This document shows positions 47,840-60,736 of a stretch of DNA of 64,000 nucleotides, piece after piece (the first letter of the stretch is position 1; every line of letters begins with the position of its first letter). The position numbers were made by a program, and so were the translations under genes. Below the pieces are notes generated by a model. The model made no database searches, was not told where the DNA came from, and saw only the letters and a list, made by a program, of their open reading frames with translations. This stretch comes from Azolla caroliniana. Its lineage: Eukaryota; Plantae; Polypodiophyta. The stretch is from positions 4,588,001-4,652,000 of the forward strand of contig JBHGNT010000013.1 in assembly GCA_043228905.1 (NCBI GenBank). The letters are read 5' to 3'.

Positions 47840-50800
47840 TGACAGGAATACACGCTCCCGATGAACACTCGGCCACAACCGAGCCTAGAATCAAACACAG
47901 AAAAGGGGTAATGAATGCACGACACAGTGAAGAGAAGAGTACACAAGATGTTAACGTGGAAAACCCAAACTAGGGAAAAACCACGGCAGCCCACAGACTG
48001 CAAACTATCACTATATCAACGATGTACAATAGTAAAGCACCGAGGCAACGACCTCAAGCTTGCTATCTTCGCCACAGGCGGCGGTTACAACAGAGGCAAC
48101 GACCTCTTCCTCTCTCTCTCTCTCTCTGTACACAGTTACGCACTCAAATCTTGCACCAACAAGAATGACAACTACAATATCACTAAGTTGGCCCTAATTC
48201 ATATTTATACTAATATGACTTTTTGGCTATTTACAAATATAGCCCCGATGGACTCTCAGAAAACATATTTATGAATATGTCCCTTCATCCGGTGAGCACT
48301 TCTCACAGGCCTTCACCATCGGGCTCTTGCCGGGTACTTGTCATCCGGTTCTCACCGGGCCTTCCTTGCCAGGTACTCGTCATCCGGTTCTCACTGGGTC
48401 TTCCGTTGCCGGGTACTCCACATCCGGTTCTCACAGGGTCTTCCATTGCCGGGTACTCCACATCAGGTTTCGGCCGAGTTTTCTCATCAACATTGTTCTT
48501 CTCACTTCCCATCCGGAGGGACCTGTTTCCTAACAAACTCCCCCTTGACTCCGGCATGGGATGTCTTACTAGTTCGATCCGCTTCCAACATGCATCCAGC
48601 TTGTCAGGTATCAGTACTTTGGTCAGCATATCTGACCCTTTGTCGGCCGTGTGGATCTTCATCAGCGCGAACTCTCGATCTTCTACTCGCTCCCGGATCC
48701 AATGATACCTACATTGGATGTGCTTTGTCCTGGAGTGGTACGCTGCGTTCTTAGCAAGGTGGATGGCACTTTGACTGTCGCAATAGAGCTGGTATTCATC
48801 TTGCTAGATACCGAGCTCTCCGATGATGTCCTTCATCCATAGTATTTCCTTGTCGTCATGTACTCCACTTCCGTAGTTGACAACGCAACTGTCTTCTGTA
48901 GCCTCGACTGCCATGAAACAGCTCCCCCTGCATAAGTCATTACATACCCGGATGTAGACCGACTGGTATCCACATCAGCCGACATGTCGGAATCGGAAAA
49001 ACTGTCAAGTTGAGGTTTACCGGAGCAGAATCGGAGACACATGTTCGAAGTGCCCTTCAGGTACCGGAGTATCCATTTGACCGCGTTCCAGTATGGGAAG
49101 TGAGAAGAACAATGTTTCCTAACAAACTCCCCCTTGACTCCGGCATGGGATGTCTTACTAGTCCGATCCTCTTACGACATGCATCCAACTTGTCAGGTAT
49201 CAATACTTTGGTCAGCATATCTGACCCATTCTCGGCCATGTGGATCTTCATCAGCGCGAACTCTCAATCTTCTACTCGCTCCTAGATCCAATGATACCTA
49301 CGATGGATGTGCTTTGTCCTGGAGTGGTACGTTGCGTTCTTAGCAAGGTGGATGGCACTTTGACTGTCGCAATAGAGCCGGTATTCATCTTGCTGGATAC
49401 CGAGCTCTCTGATGAAGTCCTTCATCCATAGTATTTCCTTGCCGGCTTCCACAGCCGCCATGTACTCCGCTTCCGTGGTTGACAACGCAACTGTCTTCTG
49501 CAACCTCGACTGCCATGAAATAGCTCCCCCTGCATAAGTCATTAAATACCCGCATGTAGACCGGCTGGTATCCACATCAGCCGACATGTCCGAATCGGTG
49601 AAACCGTCAAGTTGAGGTTTACCGGAGCCGAATCAGAGACACATGTTCAAAGTGCCCTTCAGGTACCAGAGTATCCATTTGACCGTGTTCCAGTGCTCCT
49701 TGCCGGGATTGCTCATAAACCGGCTCACCACTCCGACTGCGTATCCTATATCCGGCCGGGTACACACCATTGCGTACATTAAGCTCCCGATGGCAGAGCC
49801 ATAAGGAACCTTCATCATATCAGCCTTCTCTGCTTTCGTCTTCGGGCTTTGCTTACCGGATAATCTGCAGTTTGTCAGGAGTGTCGATCCGACTGGTTTC
49901 GCTTCTAACATGTTGAACCATTGAAGCACCTTTGTCACGTATTTCTCCTATAACAGCCACAATTGCTTCGTTGGCCGGTTCCAAATGATATGCATCCCTA
50001 GCATCTGTGTTGGAAGACCCAAGTTTTTCATTGCGAAATTTCGGTTTAGACCCTTCTTCAGCATCTGTATTCTGGCTTGGTCCCGTTCAACGATCAACAT
50101 GTCATCCACGTACAGAAGGAGTATCAGGAAGTCGCCTCCTTCGAACTTCTTCACAAACACGCAGTGATTGGCCTGCGTCTTGTGGTACCCTTGATCGGTC
50201 ATGAAGGAGTCGAACTTCAGGTACCATTGTCGGGGAGCCTGCTTCAGTCCGTACAGGCTCTTCTTCAACCGGCAAACCAGGTGCTCCTTCCCTTTCTCCA
50301 CGAATCCTTCCGGTTGCTGCATGTAGATCTCATCTTTGCTTGCTGCTATACTCAGCATCGTCCAGATGGAGGTCATCTTTACTACCGGGGAAAATATCTC
50401 GTCGAAGTTCACGCCCTTCTTTTGTTGGAACCCCTTGACCACGATCCTGGCTTTGTATCTCGGGGGGTTGCCGGCATCTCCCGGTTTCAACTTGTACACC
50501 CACTTGTTTCGGAGTGCCCGCTTTCCTTTCGGCAACTCCACCAATTCGTACGTATGGTTCTCATGCAGGGAATCAATCTCATCCTGCATGTCACTTAACC
50601 ATTTGCGGCTGTGGGTGTCATCCTTCGCTTCTTCGAAGCTTTCCGGCTCTCCCTCATCGGTTAGCATCACATGCTCTACATCCGGAAATCTCCGGGGGGC
50701 CTTTCTCTCTCTAAGAGGATATATCCGTCTTTGGCTTTCGGCAACCGGCTCCTCTATTTGTTCTTCATCCGAATCCGATTCGGGATCTTGGCCGGTTCCG

Positions 50801-53656
50801 ATTTCAGCTTCCTCTACTTCTTCTTCTGCCGGTTCGGTATCCTCACCCTAACCGGCTGGTTCCTCGAGTGTCAACCGGCTCTTAGCCGGGTGTGTCCGAA
50901 TCTCATCGGAGCTCATTATCTTCTTCTCCAACTCCCAGTCGGCAATAGTCTTGTCCTCCATGAAGATAATATCTCGACTCCGGAAAGCCTTCTTGTCAAC
51001 CGGATCCCACACTCAGTAGCCGAACTCATCATCGCCGTATCTGAGGAATATGCATGACTGGGTCTTTGAATCCAACTTTCCCCTCCGGTCCTTAGCAACA
51101 TGCAGGTACGCGAGACACCCGAACACCTTCAGATGTCGGTAGGACACTTCCTTACCGGTCCACACCTTCTGCGGCATGTCTCCATCCAAGGGCACTGAGG
51201 GTGATCTGTTTATCACATACGTCGATGTTGATAGCATACTCCGGACCCTCTCCATTATGGTCCGGTTCATCCTCGCGGCTAGCCCGTTTAGTTCCGGCGT
51301 CTTTAGCACGGTAAATTCAAGCCGGATTCCCTTCGAGCGAGAGTAGTCCTTGAACTGCCCCCGGTATTCACCTCCGTTATCTACTCGAATCGCCTTCTGC
51401 TTCAGGCCGGTTTCTCTTTCCACTCTCGCGTGGAGCTCTTTGAAGATGGATAGCACCTGTTCCTTCATCTTCAACGGTGTGGCCCACAGCTTCCAGCTGT
51501 GGTCATCTATGAACGTCACGAAGTACTACGATCCGGCATGTGACTTCGTGTCCACTTGACATACATCAGTATGCACCAGCTCCAGTGGTGCATTACGTCT
51601 CATTGGTGGCCTCGATCGGAAAGAGGTCCGGTTTTGTTTACCGGCCACACAATCAGTGCACTTCTCCAAGTGCACGTTCTTCACTAGAATGAGGTTGTCG
51701 TCTGCAAGCCTCTTCATCCCCTTCTTGCTCATGTGACACAGCCTCTTGTGCCACAGCTCACCGACAGTGTCAGAAACCATGTTCACTTCTTCCGGGAATA
51801 ACCGGGCATTCATCAGGTACAACGTGTTTACCTTCTGGGCCCGAGCCACAATCAGGCTCCCTTGCTGAACTTCATAACACTATTCCGGGATGCTACCCGT
51901 GTAGCCTTCATCATCTCGCCGACCAGTTGATATCAGGTTCAGACGAACCTCCGGAATGTGTCAGACATCCTTCAGCAACAGCTTGCATCCGGTTGGTGTT
52001 GTCAACCACACGTCTCCTATGCCGACAATTCGGCATGTACCTTCATTCCCCATCCGGACACAGCCGTGATCACCAGCTGAGTAGGATGAGAAGCATTTCC
52101 GGTCCGGGGTAAGGTGGAACGACGCTCCGGAGTCGACCACCTAGGTCATCTCGTCGCCGGCAAGGTTTAGCTCACTCTCCTCGGTGATGAGCATCAACTC
52201 TTCTTCACTTGCCGCGATTTTCGTCGCTCCCTTCCGGTCCGGTGTCCGCTTCGAATCGGTGATGTCGGTTTCCTTGTCTTTTCGGAAGTGCCGACAGTTT
52301 TTCTGGAAGTGTCCTGGCTTGCCGCAATAGAAGCAGGTAGGCTTCCCCCTTGACTCTGACCGTGTCCCCGACTTCTCCCGGTTCTGGGGACTACCGTTCC
52401 TTTGTCTTCCGCGTTCTGATTCGGTAAGGAGCGCTTTGGAGTTGGAGCTCGTATCCTTATCTTTCCGACGTGCCTCCTCATCTAGCGAACTCGACTTCAC
52501 TCTTGCTAGGGATAACCGTTTTGTGTTCGGCCCGGCGTTGCCCAAGGTGACAACCAACGTCTCCCAACTATCTGGAAGGGAACCAAGCAGGAGTAGTGCT
52601 AGTACCTCATTGGCGAGAGGTACTTCCAATGATGTTGCCTGGTGGATCAGCCCCTGGAAGGCATTCATGTGCTCCGCCATACTGGAGCCATCTTGGTACC
52701 GGAGTCTTAGTAGCTTCCGTAATACCGAAACCTGATTGACAACATTTTTGTTTTGAAACATAATGCCTATCTTCTCCCAGAGCTCATGAGCCTTGCTCTC
52801 TTCATTGAAGTTGTTGTATAGACTCATGTCGATGAAGCACCGTATGTAAGCCGTTGTCTTCATGTGCATCACCTCCCATATCGTGGTGTCGATTTTGTCC
52901 GGTCTCTTGTCCCCGAATTAAATCGGCAACCAAAGATCTTTAACCACGAGCATGTCCCTCATCGTCGACTTCCACACGGAATAGTTGGAGCCAGTGAGTT
53001 TGAACATGCCTCCCAATGATTCATCCATTTTCTGTGTCGTTTTGTTCTGATACCACTTTGACAGGAATACATGCTCCCGATGAACAATGCTCAGCCACAA
53101 CCGAGCCTAGAATCAAACACAGAAAATGGGTAATGAACGCATGACACAGTGAAGAGAAGAGTACACAGGATGTTAACGTGGAAAACCCAAACTAGGGAAA
53201 AACCACGGCAGCCCACAGACTGCAAACTATCACTATATCAACAATGTACAATAGTAAAGCACCGAGGCAACGACCTCGAGCTTGCTATCTTCGCCACAGG
53301 CAGCGGTTACAACAGAGGCAACAACCTCCTCCTCTCTCTCTCTCTCTCTCTCTGTACACAGTTACGCACTCAAATCTTGCACCAACAAGACTGACAACTA
53401 CAATATCACTAAGTTTTCCCTAAGTCATATTTATACTAATATGACATTTTGGCTATTTACAAATATAGCCCCGATGGACTCTCAGAAAACATATTTACGA
53501 ATATGTCCCTTCATCCGGTGAGCACTTCTCACCTGGCCTTCACCATCCGGCTCTTGCCGGGTACTCGTCATCCAGTTCTCACCGGGTCTTCCGTTGCCGG
53601 GTACTCCACATCCAGTTTCTTCTCACTTCCCATCCGGAGGGACCTGTTTCCTAACA
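47840..53656 (-). mobile_element. Full-length Ty1/copia element (copy E, family of A and B)
   Basis: LTRs 53059-53656 (5') and 47840-48535 (3'); perfect TSD CTTTC; PBS 53044-53055; gag 52141-52872, INT, RT 49948-50670, duplicated RNase H. Confidence 0.96.
48536..49692 (-). repeat. Tandem duplication of the RNase H-PPT region
   Basis: 48536-49092 repeats 49125-~49692; the junction holds an LTR start and an inverted LTR fragment. Confidence 0.9.
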
Positions 53657-54176
53657 CTTTCGGGGTAATGAGTGGTACGTTACTCGGCCATATTGTCCAT
53701 GTGGTAAGACTTGTGGAGAGGCCATTAACACAAAGTTACAAAATGGGAAAAGAACCATTCAAATCATGTGTCCAAATTATGACTCAAAATCATGTATATA
53801 ATTGATATACCTATAACTTCAAGGACCAATTCTAAAGCTAATTTCATTGGTTTAAGGGTAGGATAACGGGGATGCAATGATATTGAATTTTACGAACTGA
53901 AACATTCATGATAAGTAATGAACATTCAGATTAAGCGATGAATGGTTTAAGGGTCATTAACCACACTAGCAACCTGTGATTGAAGGACAAGAAATGAACA
54001 TAAAACACAATTGGTGCTTCATACCACTAAATATTACCTTATGTTCTACCTGAAAGGAAAGGGAAGATGAACAAATTAAATAGAAGAGATATTTATCCCA
54101 CCAATCAAGAAGTTGTTGAGAATCCAATCCCTCAAAATGGGATGGAGAGCTAGCCGGATAGGCCTGAAGGTGATCG

Positions 54177-54476
54177 TGTCGAATACAAGTGTATAATGGA
54201 CGTATTCACACTATCCCTTTGTATAGATCAAGTTTGGGCCATTTGTGTAATTAGCATAAATGGTAGTTGCCCTATGTCTGTCACTATATAAAGTGACCTA
54301 GTAACCTTTTTGTAAGGTTGGTTGTATTACTGTTTCTATTTGAATAGAAAGTCTTTTGTGTCTCTCTCTCTCTCTCTCTCTATCTCTGTGCACGATCTTG
54401 GAAACTGTCATACGCAGGTACTCAACTCGAATCGAATGCTATTTGATCTTCCGCATTGACGGCCTTGTCTTCAACA
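54177..54476 (+). repeat. 5' LTR of copia F
   Basis: 300 bp, TG..CA, direct repeat of 59390-59691. Confidence 0.97.
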
Positions 54477-55164
54477 TCTGGTATCAGAGCCTGCACAGTA
54501 TTCGGTCCTTCATCCCGCTGTCGGCCGTCGTCTCAGCATTCGGTTTCTTGCGTCATTCGAAGAAGAGAGAAGAAGAAGAAAAACGAGACTTGCATCTCAT
54601 CGCGTTAGATCATCTTCGCTTGGAGTAAGCCAGCAGGTTGTACTCTGTTCCTTGTGATCGTAACCGCTCGAGGTGAAATCCCCTTGCGCAACATTGACAC
54701 GATCGTGCTCCACTCGGTTAAACGGCATCCGAAGAGGTCATCAAACGCTGCTCGCTGCTCATTGTAACCACTCGGTGCAGATCGGTCTCAAGACAACAAC
54801 CCCAATTCGTGCTTCATCCGGCTGATCGACATTCGGGAGGATCAGTTGGATCCGTCTCTCTCGTCGCTGCAGTCACCCGAAGCAGAATCGGTCAAGACAA
54901 TCGGTTTCAATAATCGGTATTTGGCATAAATATTCGGAAGCGAACCGGGCTCACTCCGACTCGGCAACATTCGGGAAGACCAGTCGGTTCTGTCCCTCAA
55001 GTTACCGGAGTCAATTCGAGCAAGTTCAACAATACATATATCCGAAGCCGAACCGACTCGGGTTCAAATCCGACTAGAACGATATCGGGTGAGCCAACCG
55101 GCTGCACTCCAACAAGGTTCGTAGTCAACTCCGAACCGAGCTTCGTCAACCGAAACCAAATTTG

Positions 55165-55839
55165 ATGGCATCAACATCCGGCTCGTCACAAATGAGTCTA
55201 CGAAAGTTCGATGGATCGAACTTCAACTTCTGGAAGGAGCAAATGCAGGACTATCTCATAGTCAAGGGGCAAATCGATCCCATCGAAAATGAAGAACCTC
55301 CAGAAGGATACAAACCAATTGAGTGGCAGAAGCTGGACAGAATCGTCCGCGCCACGATTCGGATGCACCTATCGGAATCGGTATACTTTACGGTGCAATC
55401 GTGTACGACAGCATTCGAACTGTGGAAAACACTGTCGGACACCTACGAAAAGAAGGTCGCTGCAACAAAGATGTTTCTGATCCGGCGCCTCTACAACTTG
55501 CGGATGAAAGAATCAGATTCGGTTCAAACACATCTCAATGAGTACGAAAGCATAAGCTCCCAAATCTCATCTCAGGGGACGGCAATCGAGGATGAACTCA
55601 GAGCAATGATACTCATGAGCAGCCTTCCCTCATCATGGGAAACTTTCGTCACAACCGTGTGCAACGCGTCAACCACGGCTGTTAAATACTCCGAAGTCAC
55701 GAGCGCAATCCTGACCGAAGCAGCTCGGAGAAAGTCTTTCGCCAAAGACTCAACAGACGACGCTTATGTAGTACAAGGTTCGATAGACCGATCGAACATA
55801 CGAGGAAGAGATTCCTCACGGCAGCCGAACAATCAGTGA
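55165..55839 (+). CDS. gag: copia Gag (stops before the CCHC knuckle)
   Basis: KFDGSNFNFWK..L..LYNLRMKE..LMSSLPSSWETFV gag motifs; the knuckle CNYCKKPGHIKADC follows in frame after the TGA. Confidence 0.9.
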   Translation: MASTSGSSQMSLRKFDGSNFNFWKEQMQDYLIVKGQIDPIENEEPPEGYKPIEWQKLDRIVRATIRMHLSESVYFTVQSCTTAFELWKTLSDTYEKKVAATKMFLIRRLYNLRMKESDSVQTHLNEYESISSQISSQGTAIEDELRAMILMSSLPSSWETFVTTVCNASTTAVKYSEVTSAILTEAARRKSFAKDSTDDAYVVQGSIDRSNIRGRDSSRQPNNQ

Positions 55840-56004
55840 AGACGGAGCCAGTCACGGGATAATCGAATCTGCAACTATTGCAAGAAACCCGGACACATCA
55901 AAGCCGACTGCCGCGCACTCAAGAACAAGAACGACAAGTCTTAGAAATCAGACAAGAAGAGTGGCCGGCATGAGGAGATCAACTACGTCAGCTTCTCAGC
56001 TGAT

Positions 56005-59000
56005 GTGCTACCAAACGACCCGAATATACTATCGATCGAAAATCCAATCGGATCAGAAGTTCTGCTCACGACTGAAGAATCGAGCACATGGCTCTTAGAT
56101 TCGGGCGCGTCATTTCACGTGACTCCTCATCGATCCCAATTTCGGCAATATACGATCCGTCACTCCGACTCAGTTCGAGTCGGCAACTCGCAACACTGTG
56201 ACATCATTGGAATCGGCACAGTAGAGCTCAACCTTGCAGGTGGCTCTACACTTGTACTTCACAATGTCCGACATGTACCCGAGCTCTCAAGGCCATTGAT
56301 CTCAGTCGGACAACTAGATGAAGACGGCATTCGTGCCGGTTTTTCTTCGGGAGGGTGGACACTCCACAGGGGGAACCTCCTGCTTGCTCGAGGACCCAAG
56401 ATACACTCACTGTATCCGTTACATGTTACGCTCAGAGAGGGTAACCTGTTTTTGGTGGATATTCCTGTGTCATCACTATGGCACAGAAGATTAGGACACC
56501 TCAGCAAGGCCGGCATTACGCACCTATCTAGAACCGGATACATCCCTAAACTCTCCTTCTCGGATCATCAATTCTGCGAACATTGCCAGTATGGCAAACA
56601 AGCAGCCGCATCACACCCGACATCAGCACCAAGAGAAACGAGACCTCTCGATTTAGTCCACTCGGACGTCTGTGGCCCAATGCCGCATCAGTCTCTCGGC
56701 GGTGCCTCTTACTTCGTCAGTTTTATTGACGATTCGACTCGAAAGGTGTGGGCTTATCCAATTCGCACCAAAGATCGTGTCTTCTCGATCTTCTCCGATT
56801 GGCTCGCTATGGTAGAAAATCAAACCGACCGAAAACTGAAATGCTTTCGGACCGACAATGGGGGAGAGTTCAAATCAGAAGAATTCGTCAAATTCTGCCG
56901 ACAACGCGGCATCCGACGTGAATTTACGGCACCACACAGTCCGGAGCAAAACGGGATTGCAGAACGCATGAATCGGACAATCCAAGAACGAATAGTTTCC
57001 ATGCTCCAACACTCCGGACTGTCGGATGGCTTCTGGGCAGAGGCTCTACTCACGGCAATACACATAATCAATATGTCGCCAAGCAGACCTCTAGGACTTC
57101 AAATTCCTCAGGAACTATGGATCGGCAGTAAGCCGAATTACGACAAGCTGAGGATCTTCGGATGCGAGGCGTACGCCCTTATTCCGAAAGATGATCGCCG
57201 AAAACTTGCACCTCGGTCCAGGAAATGCATTTTCCTTGGATATGGATCAGACGGCGAAATGGGATACCGACTCTGGGACCCCGAACGCAGACAAATCGTT
57301 CGAAGTTCGGACGTTGTGTTCAACGAGTCGGCTATGAATCCATCAGTCAAAACACCGATCGAAGTCCGAAGGGTAACATTTTCCGATGTGCCGACCCTTC
57401 AAGAAGGCCCCGCTCTTAACACACGGTCAGCTTCACGGGTAGCTGAACCTTCCACAACCGACTCGGACACCTCTGACTCGGCACAGCAGAATAATCCGCT
57501 TTCGGACCATCCGACCTCGATACCCGATACGACCAGTCCAATCATACCTCGACGATCCGAGAGACTGTCGCAACCTCCGGAGAGGTATTCTCCTGGAATT
57601 TTCTTCACCGACGCCGGCGAACCGACGTCTTACGAAGAAGCATCGACATCTGTCGATTCAGCCACCTGGCATCTGGCGATGGAGTCGGAAATGCACTCCA
57701 TTCGGGCAAACAAGACTTGGGATCTGGTCGAATTACCTACGAATCGACGTGCTCTTCCTTGCAAGTGGGTTTATCGACTAAAAGAGACGTCTGATTCGAC
57801 CACCCCAAAGTACAAGGCCAGATTAGTTGCGAAGGGCTTCCGACAAGAATATGGCGTTGACTTCGACGAGATTTTTTCACCAGTGGTGAAAATGACAACC
57901 CTTCGTTTTCTACTCGGCGTAGTGGCAGCCGACAACTTGGAGCTGATTCAGCTAGATGTCAAAACAGCCTTCCTCCATGGTGATCTTGAAGAGGAAATTT
58001 ATATGGAGCAGCCAAAAGGCTTCGTGGCAACTGGCCAAGAACATCTAGTTTGCCGACTCAGGAAGAGTCTATACGGCCTCAAACAGGCACCGCGACAATG
58101 GTACAAGAAGTTCGACGACTTCATCCAATCGATCGGCTTCTCCAAAAGCGATGAGGACCATTGTCTTTTTACCAACACGGCTCAAGATGGATCACCCATC
58201 TTCCTCATCATTTACGTGGACGACATGCTAATTTCTGGACGCCACGCGGGCGAACTTGCCGATCTCACTCGGCAACTGCGGTTGAAGTTTGCCATGAAGG
58301 ACCTCGGTCCGGCACGACACATACTTGGCATGAAGATTAGTCGGCATCGCAACAAACGACATCTTTTTTTGTCTCAGACCGACTATATCGGACGTGTCTT
58401 GGAACGCTTCAACATGCAATCAGCCAAATCTGCTTCAACCCCGCTCCCCATGAATCTTCGGCTCTCTCAGCGAGAGTGCCCGACATCCGGTCCGGAGGGG
58501 GAAGATATGAAGTCGGTACCGTATGCACCGGCAGTCGGCTCCCTTATGTACCTGATGGTCGCGACACGGCCTGATATTTCTCATGCCGTAGGAGTCGTTA
58601 GCAGATTTATGCACAATCCTGGCCGATCGCATTGGAACGCAGTCAAGCATGTGTTCAAATATCTGGCTGGCACAAAAGACCACGGCATTCTTTTCGGTCC
58701 GAACTCAACCTCAGGCGTAGTCGGTTACACCGGCTCGGACTTCGCCGGCTGTATAGACAGTCGGAAATCAACAACCGGATACTGCTTCAAATTCGGCAAT
58801 GGAGCAATTTCGTGGAAGTCGAAACTTCAGGAGTGCACAGCGACCTCAACGACTGAAGCAGAATATGTAGCTGCGTCCGACGCTGCAAAAGAAGCTTTGT
58901 GGCTCGGCCGGCTGGCTCACACGTTTCGGCAAGTCGACCATGACCCGGCTCCAGTTGTCTATAGCGACAGTCAAGGTGCTGTTGCCTTGTCGAGAAATCC

Positions 59001-59196
59001 GGTTCACCACAATGCCTCCAAACATATCGACGTTCGATATCACTTCGTTCGGGACTGCGTCATTTCAGGGAAAATCGGTCTAGAGAAAATATCCACAACT
59101 GACAATGTCGCAGATGGAATGACCAAGTGTCTTTCGGCAGACCGCTTTCGGTCCCTTCGACATCAAATGGGCGTAACGACAAACCAGTCCGGTTAG
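56005..59196 (+). CDS. pol: copia Pol: protease, integrase, reverse transcriptase, RNase H
   Basis: 1063-aa open frame: WLLDSGAS, WHRRLGH..CEHC, VHSDVCGP, RTDNGGEF, IYVDDML, SWKSKLQ, SDSQGA. Confidence 0.96.
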   Translation: MLPNDPNILSIENPIGSEVLLTTEESSTWLLDSGASFHVTPHRSQFRQYTIRHSDSVRVGNSQHCDIIGIGTVELNLAGGSTLVLHNVRHVPELSRPLISVGQLDEDGIRAGFSSGGWTLHRGNLLLARGPKIHSLYPLHVTLREGNLFLVDIPVSSLWHRRLGHLSKAGITHLSRTGYIPKLSFSDHQFCEHCQYGKQAAASHPTSAPRETRPLDLVHSDVCGPMPHQSLGGASYFVSFIDDSTRKVWAYPIRTKDRVFSIFSDWLAMVENQTDRKLKCFRTDNGGEFKSEEFVKFCRQRGIRREFTAPHSPEQNGIAERMNRTIQERIVSMLQHSGLSDGFWAEALLTAIHIINMSPSRPLGLQIPQELWIGSKPNYDKLRIFGCEAYALIPKDDRRKLAPRSRKCIFLGYGSDGEMGYRLWDPERRQIVRSSDVVFNESAMNPSVKTPIEVRRVTFSDVPTLQEGPALNTRSASRVAEPSTTDSDTSDSAQQNNPLSDHPTSIPDTTSPIIPRRSERLSQPPERYSPGIFFTDAGEPTSYEEASTSVDSATWHLAMESEMHSIRANKTWDLVELPTNRRALPCKWVYRLKETSDSTTPKYKARLVAKGFRQEYGVDFDEIFSPVVKMTTLRFLLGVVAADNLELIQLDVKTAFLHGDLEEEIYMEQPKGFVATGQEHLVCRLRKSLYGLKQAPRQWYKKFDDFIQSIGFSKSDEDHCLFTNTAQDGSPIFLIIYVDDMLISGRHAGELADLTRQLRLKFAMKDLGPARHILGMKISRHRNKRHLFLSQTDYIGRVLERFNMQSAKSASTPLPMNLRLSQRECPTSGPEGEDMKSVPYAPAVGSLMYLMVATRPDISHAVGVVSRFMHNPGRSHWNAVKHVFKYLAGTKDHGILFGPNSTSGVVGYTGSDFAGCIDSRKSTTGYCFKFGNGAISWKSKLQECTATSTTEAEYVAASDAAKEALWLGRLAHTFRQVDHDPAPVVYSDSQGAVALSRNPVHHNASKHIDVRYHFVRDCVISGKIGLEKISTTDNVADGMTKCLSADRFRSLRHQMGVTTNQSG

Positions 59197-59389
59197 AGCC
59201 GGACACAGCGCAGGATGGTTTCGGACAACCGACATCAGTTCCCTAATGATCGGCTTCAACTCTTCCGACCCGACCAGTTCGGCCTTCTGCCTTCGGACCC
59301 TGCCGACTCGAACAAAACTGATATGTCCGAGAACCTAGGTTTATACATGTAATCTTAGATAACCCATGTATACGCCCATTACGGGGGAG

Positions 59390-59691
59390 TGTCGAATACA
59401 AGTGTATAATGGACGTATTCACACTATCCCTTTGTATAGATCAAGTTTGGGCCATTTGTGTAATTAGCATAAATGGTAGTTGCCCTATGTCTGTCACTAT
59501 ATAAAGTGACCTAGTAACCTTTTTGTAAGGTTGGTTGTATTACTGTTTCTATTTGAATAGAAAGTCTTTTGTGTCTCTCTCTCTCTCTCTCTCTCTATCT
59601 CTGTGCACGATCTTGGAAACTGTCATACGCAGGTACTCAACTCGAATCGAATGCTATTTGATCTTCCGCATTGACGGCCTTGTCTTCAACA
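59390..59691 (+). repeat. 3' LTR of copia F
   Basis: 302 bp, follows the PPT. Confidence 0.97.
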
Positions 59692-60340
59692 GATCGATTG
59701 AAGAGCCAGAAGATAGCTGGCTTGTTCGAATAGGAATTCGGATATTGCGCAAGGAGTCGGACCGTCAGGAGGACTTAGCACCAACTAGGGAGAGATAAAC
59801 CGAATCAATCAATAGCAAACTCGGTCGAGGCCGAAAATTGATTGATTGCCAATTCGAGTGATAACTGACTCGGCGAATAGCTGAATCAACGGAAGCCAAC
59901 TAAGGGCTATACTTGTAAATAGCCCTAATGTGCCTATTGTGGGCTATATTTTAAATAGTCATATATGAACATGGGTATAAATATAGCTAGGGCAAAAGTG
60001 CAATATGATTATAAGTCGGTAATTATATGTATGTACAGAGTTGATTAAGTGTGTTGCGAGAGAGTGTGAGTGTTGTATTTTTCTACAAGACGAAGTAGAG
60101 CTCAAGGTCGTTGCTTTAGAGTTTCTTGTACTCTCCTCATATAGTGATTCTGTTAGGAGTTTGTGGGCTCCCGTTGTTTTTCCTTTTCTGGGTTTTCCAC
60201 GATAACATCTTGTCTCGCTATATGTGCCTTTTCAGTTTTCTATCTTTGTTTTGGCTATTGTCTTCTCTCATTTTGTATTGGTGAACTAGTTGTCGTTGGC
60301 CTCATTTCGAACAGATGCAATATGGTGTAAATATAACCTT

Positions 60341-60736
60341 AGGAACTAATTCTAAAGCTAATTTTAATAGATTAAGGGTAGCACAAAAAGAAAACCTGTT
60401 TTCCTACTACATGGGCGAAAACCCATAAGAACCGATGACACGTGGGAACATGTGGTGATGATGTGGTCTATGCAAAGAAAGAAAAACATGAAAAGGTCAA
60501 GTTTTTCTTGAGACTATGGTCAAGGTTATCACTAGAAGAGAAATAGAAAATTTGCAAAATAACAAGGGATAAATCAAATGGTAAGATCTAGTCTTTGAAC
60601 TCTAATACATAATTGATGGTTAGGAAACCTGTTACCCTTTCTTACTTTGCTTTTGCCCTATATACCTAACGTTAAATCCTAGTTTCCAAATTATCCAACC
60701 CTTAAACCATTAAAACTAGCTTTAGAATTGGTCCTC
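60341..60736. mobile_element. Putative MITE with ~40-bp imperfect TIRs
   Basis: aggaactaattctaaagctaattttaatagattaagggt is inverted to acccttaaaccattaaaactagctttagaattggtcct; another left-type end at 53822-53867. TSD unclear. Confidence 0.5.

Larger units (their letters stand above)
54177..59691 (+). mobile_element. Very young full-length Ty1/copia element (copy F)
   Basis: LTRs 54177-54476 and 59390-59691 identical by eye except one CT unit; perfect TSD GATCG; PBS tggtatcagagcc 54479-54491; PPT acgggggag. Confidence 0.98.
54114..60313 (+). mobile_element. Old copia-type solo LTR split by copia F (54114-54176 plus 59697-60313)
   Basis: Starts tgttgagaatccaatccctc; shares tgtaaatagccc, tataaat and gggttttccacg motifs with the A/B LTRs; ends tttcgaACA. 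No clean TSD. Confidence 0.7.

Noticed and set aside
54109-60318. TSD for the split solo LTR
   Set aside because: GAAGT vs GATGC match at only 3 of 5 positions.
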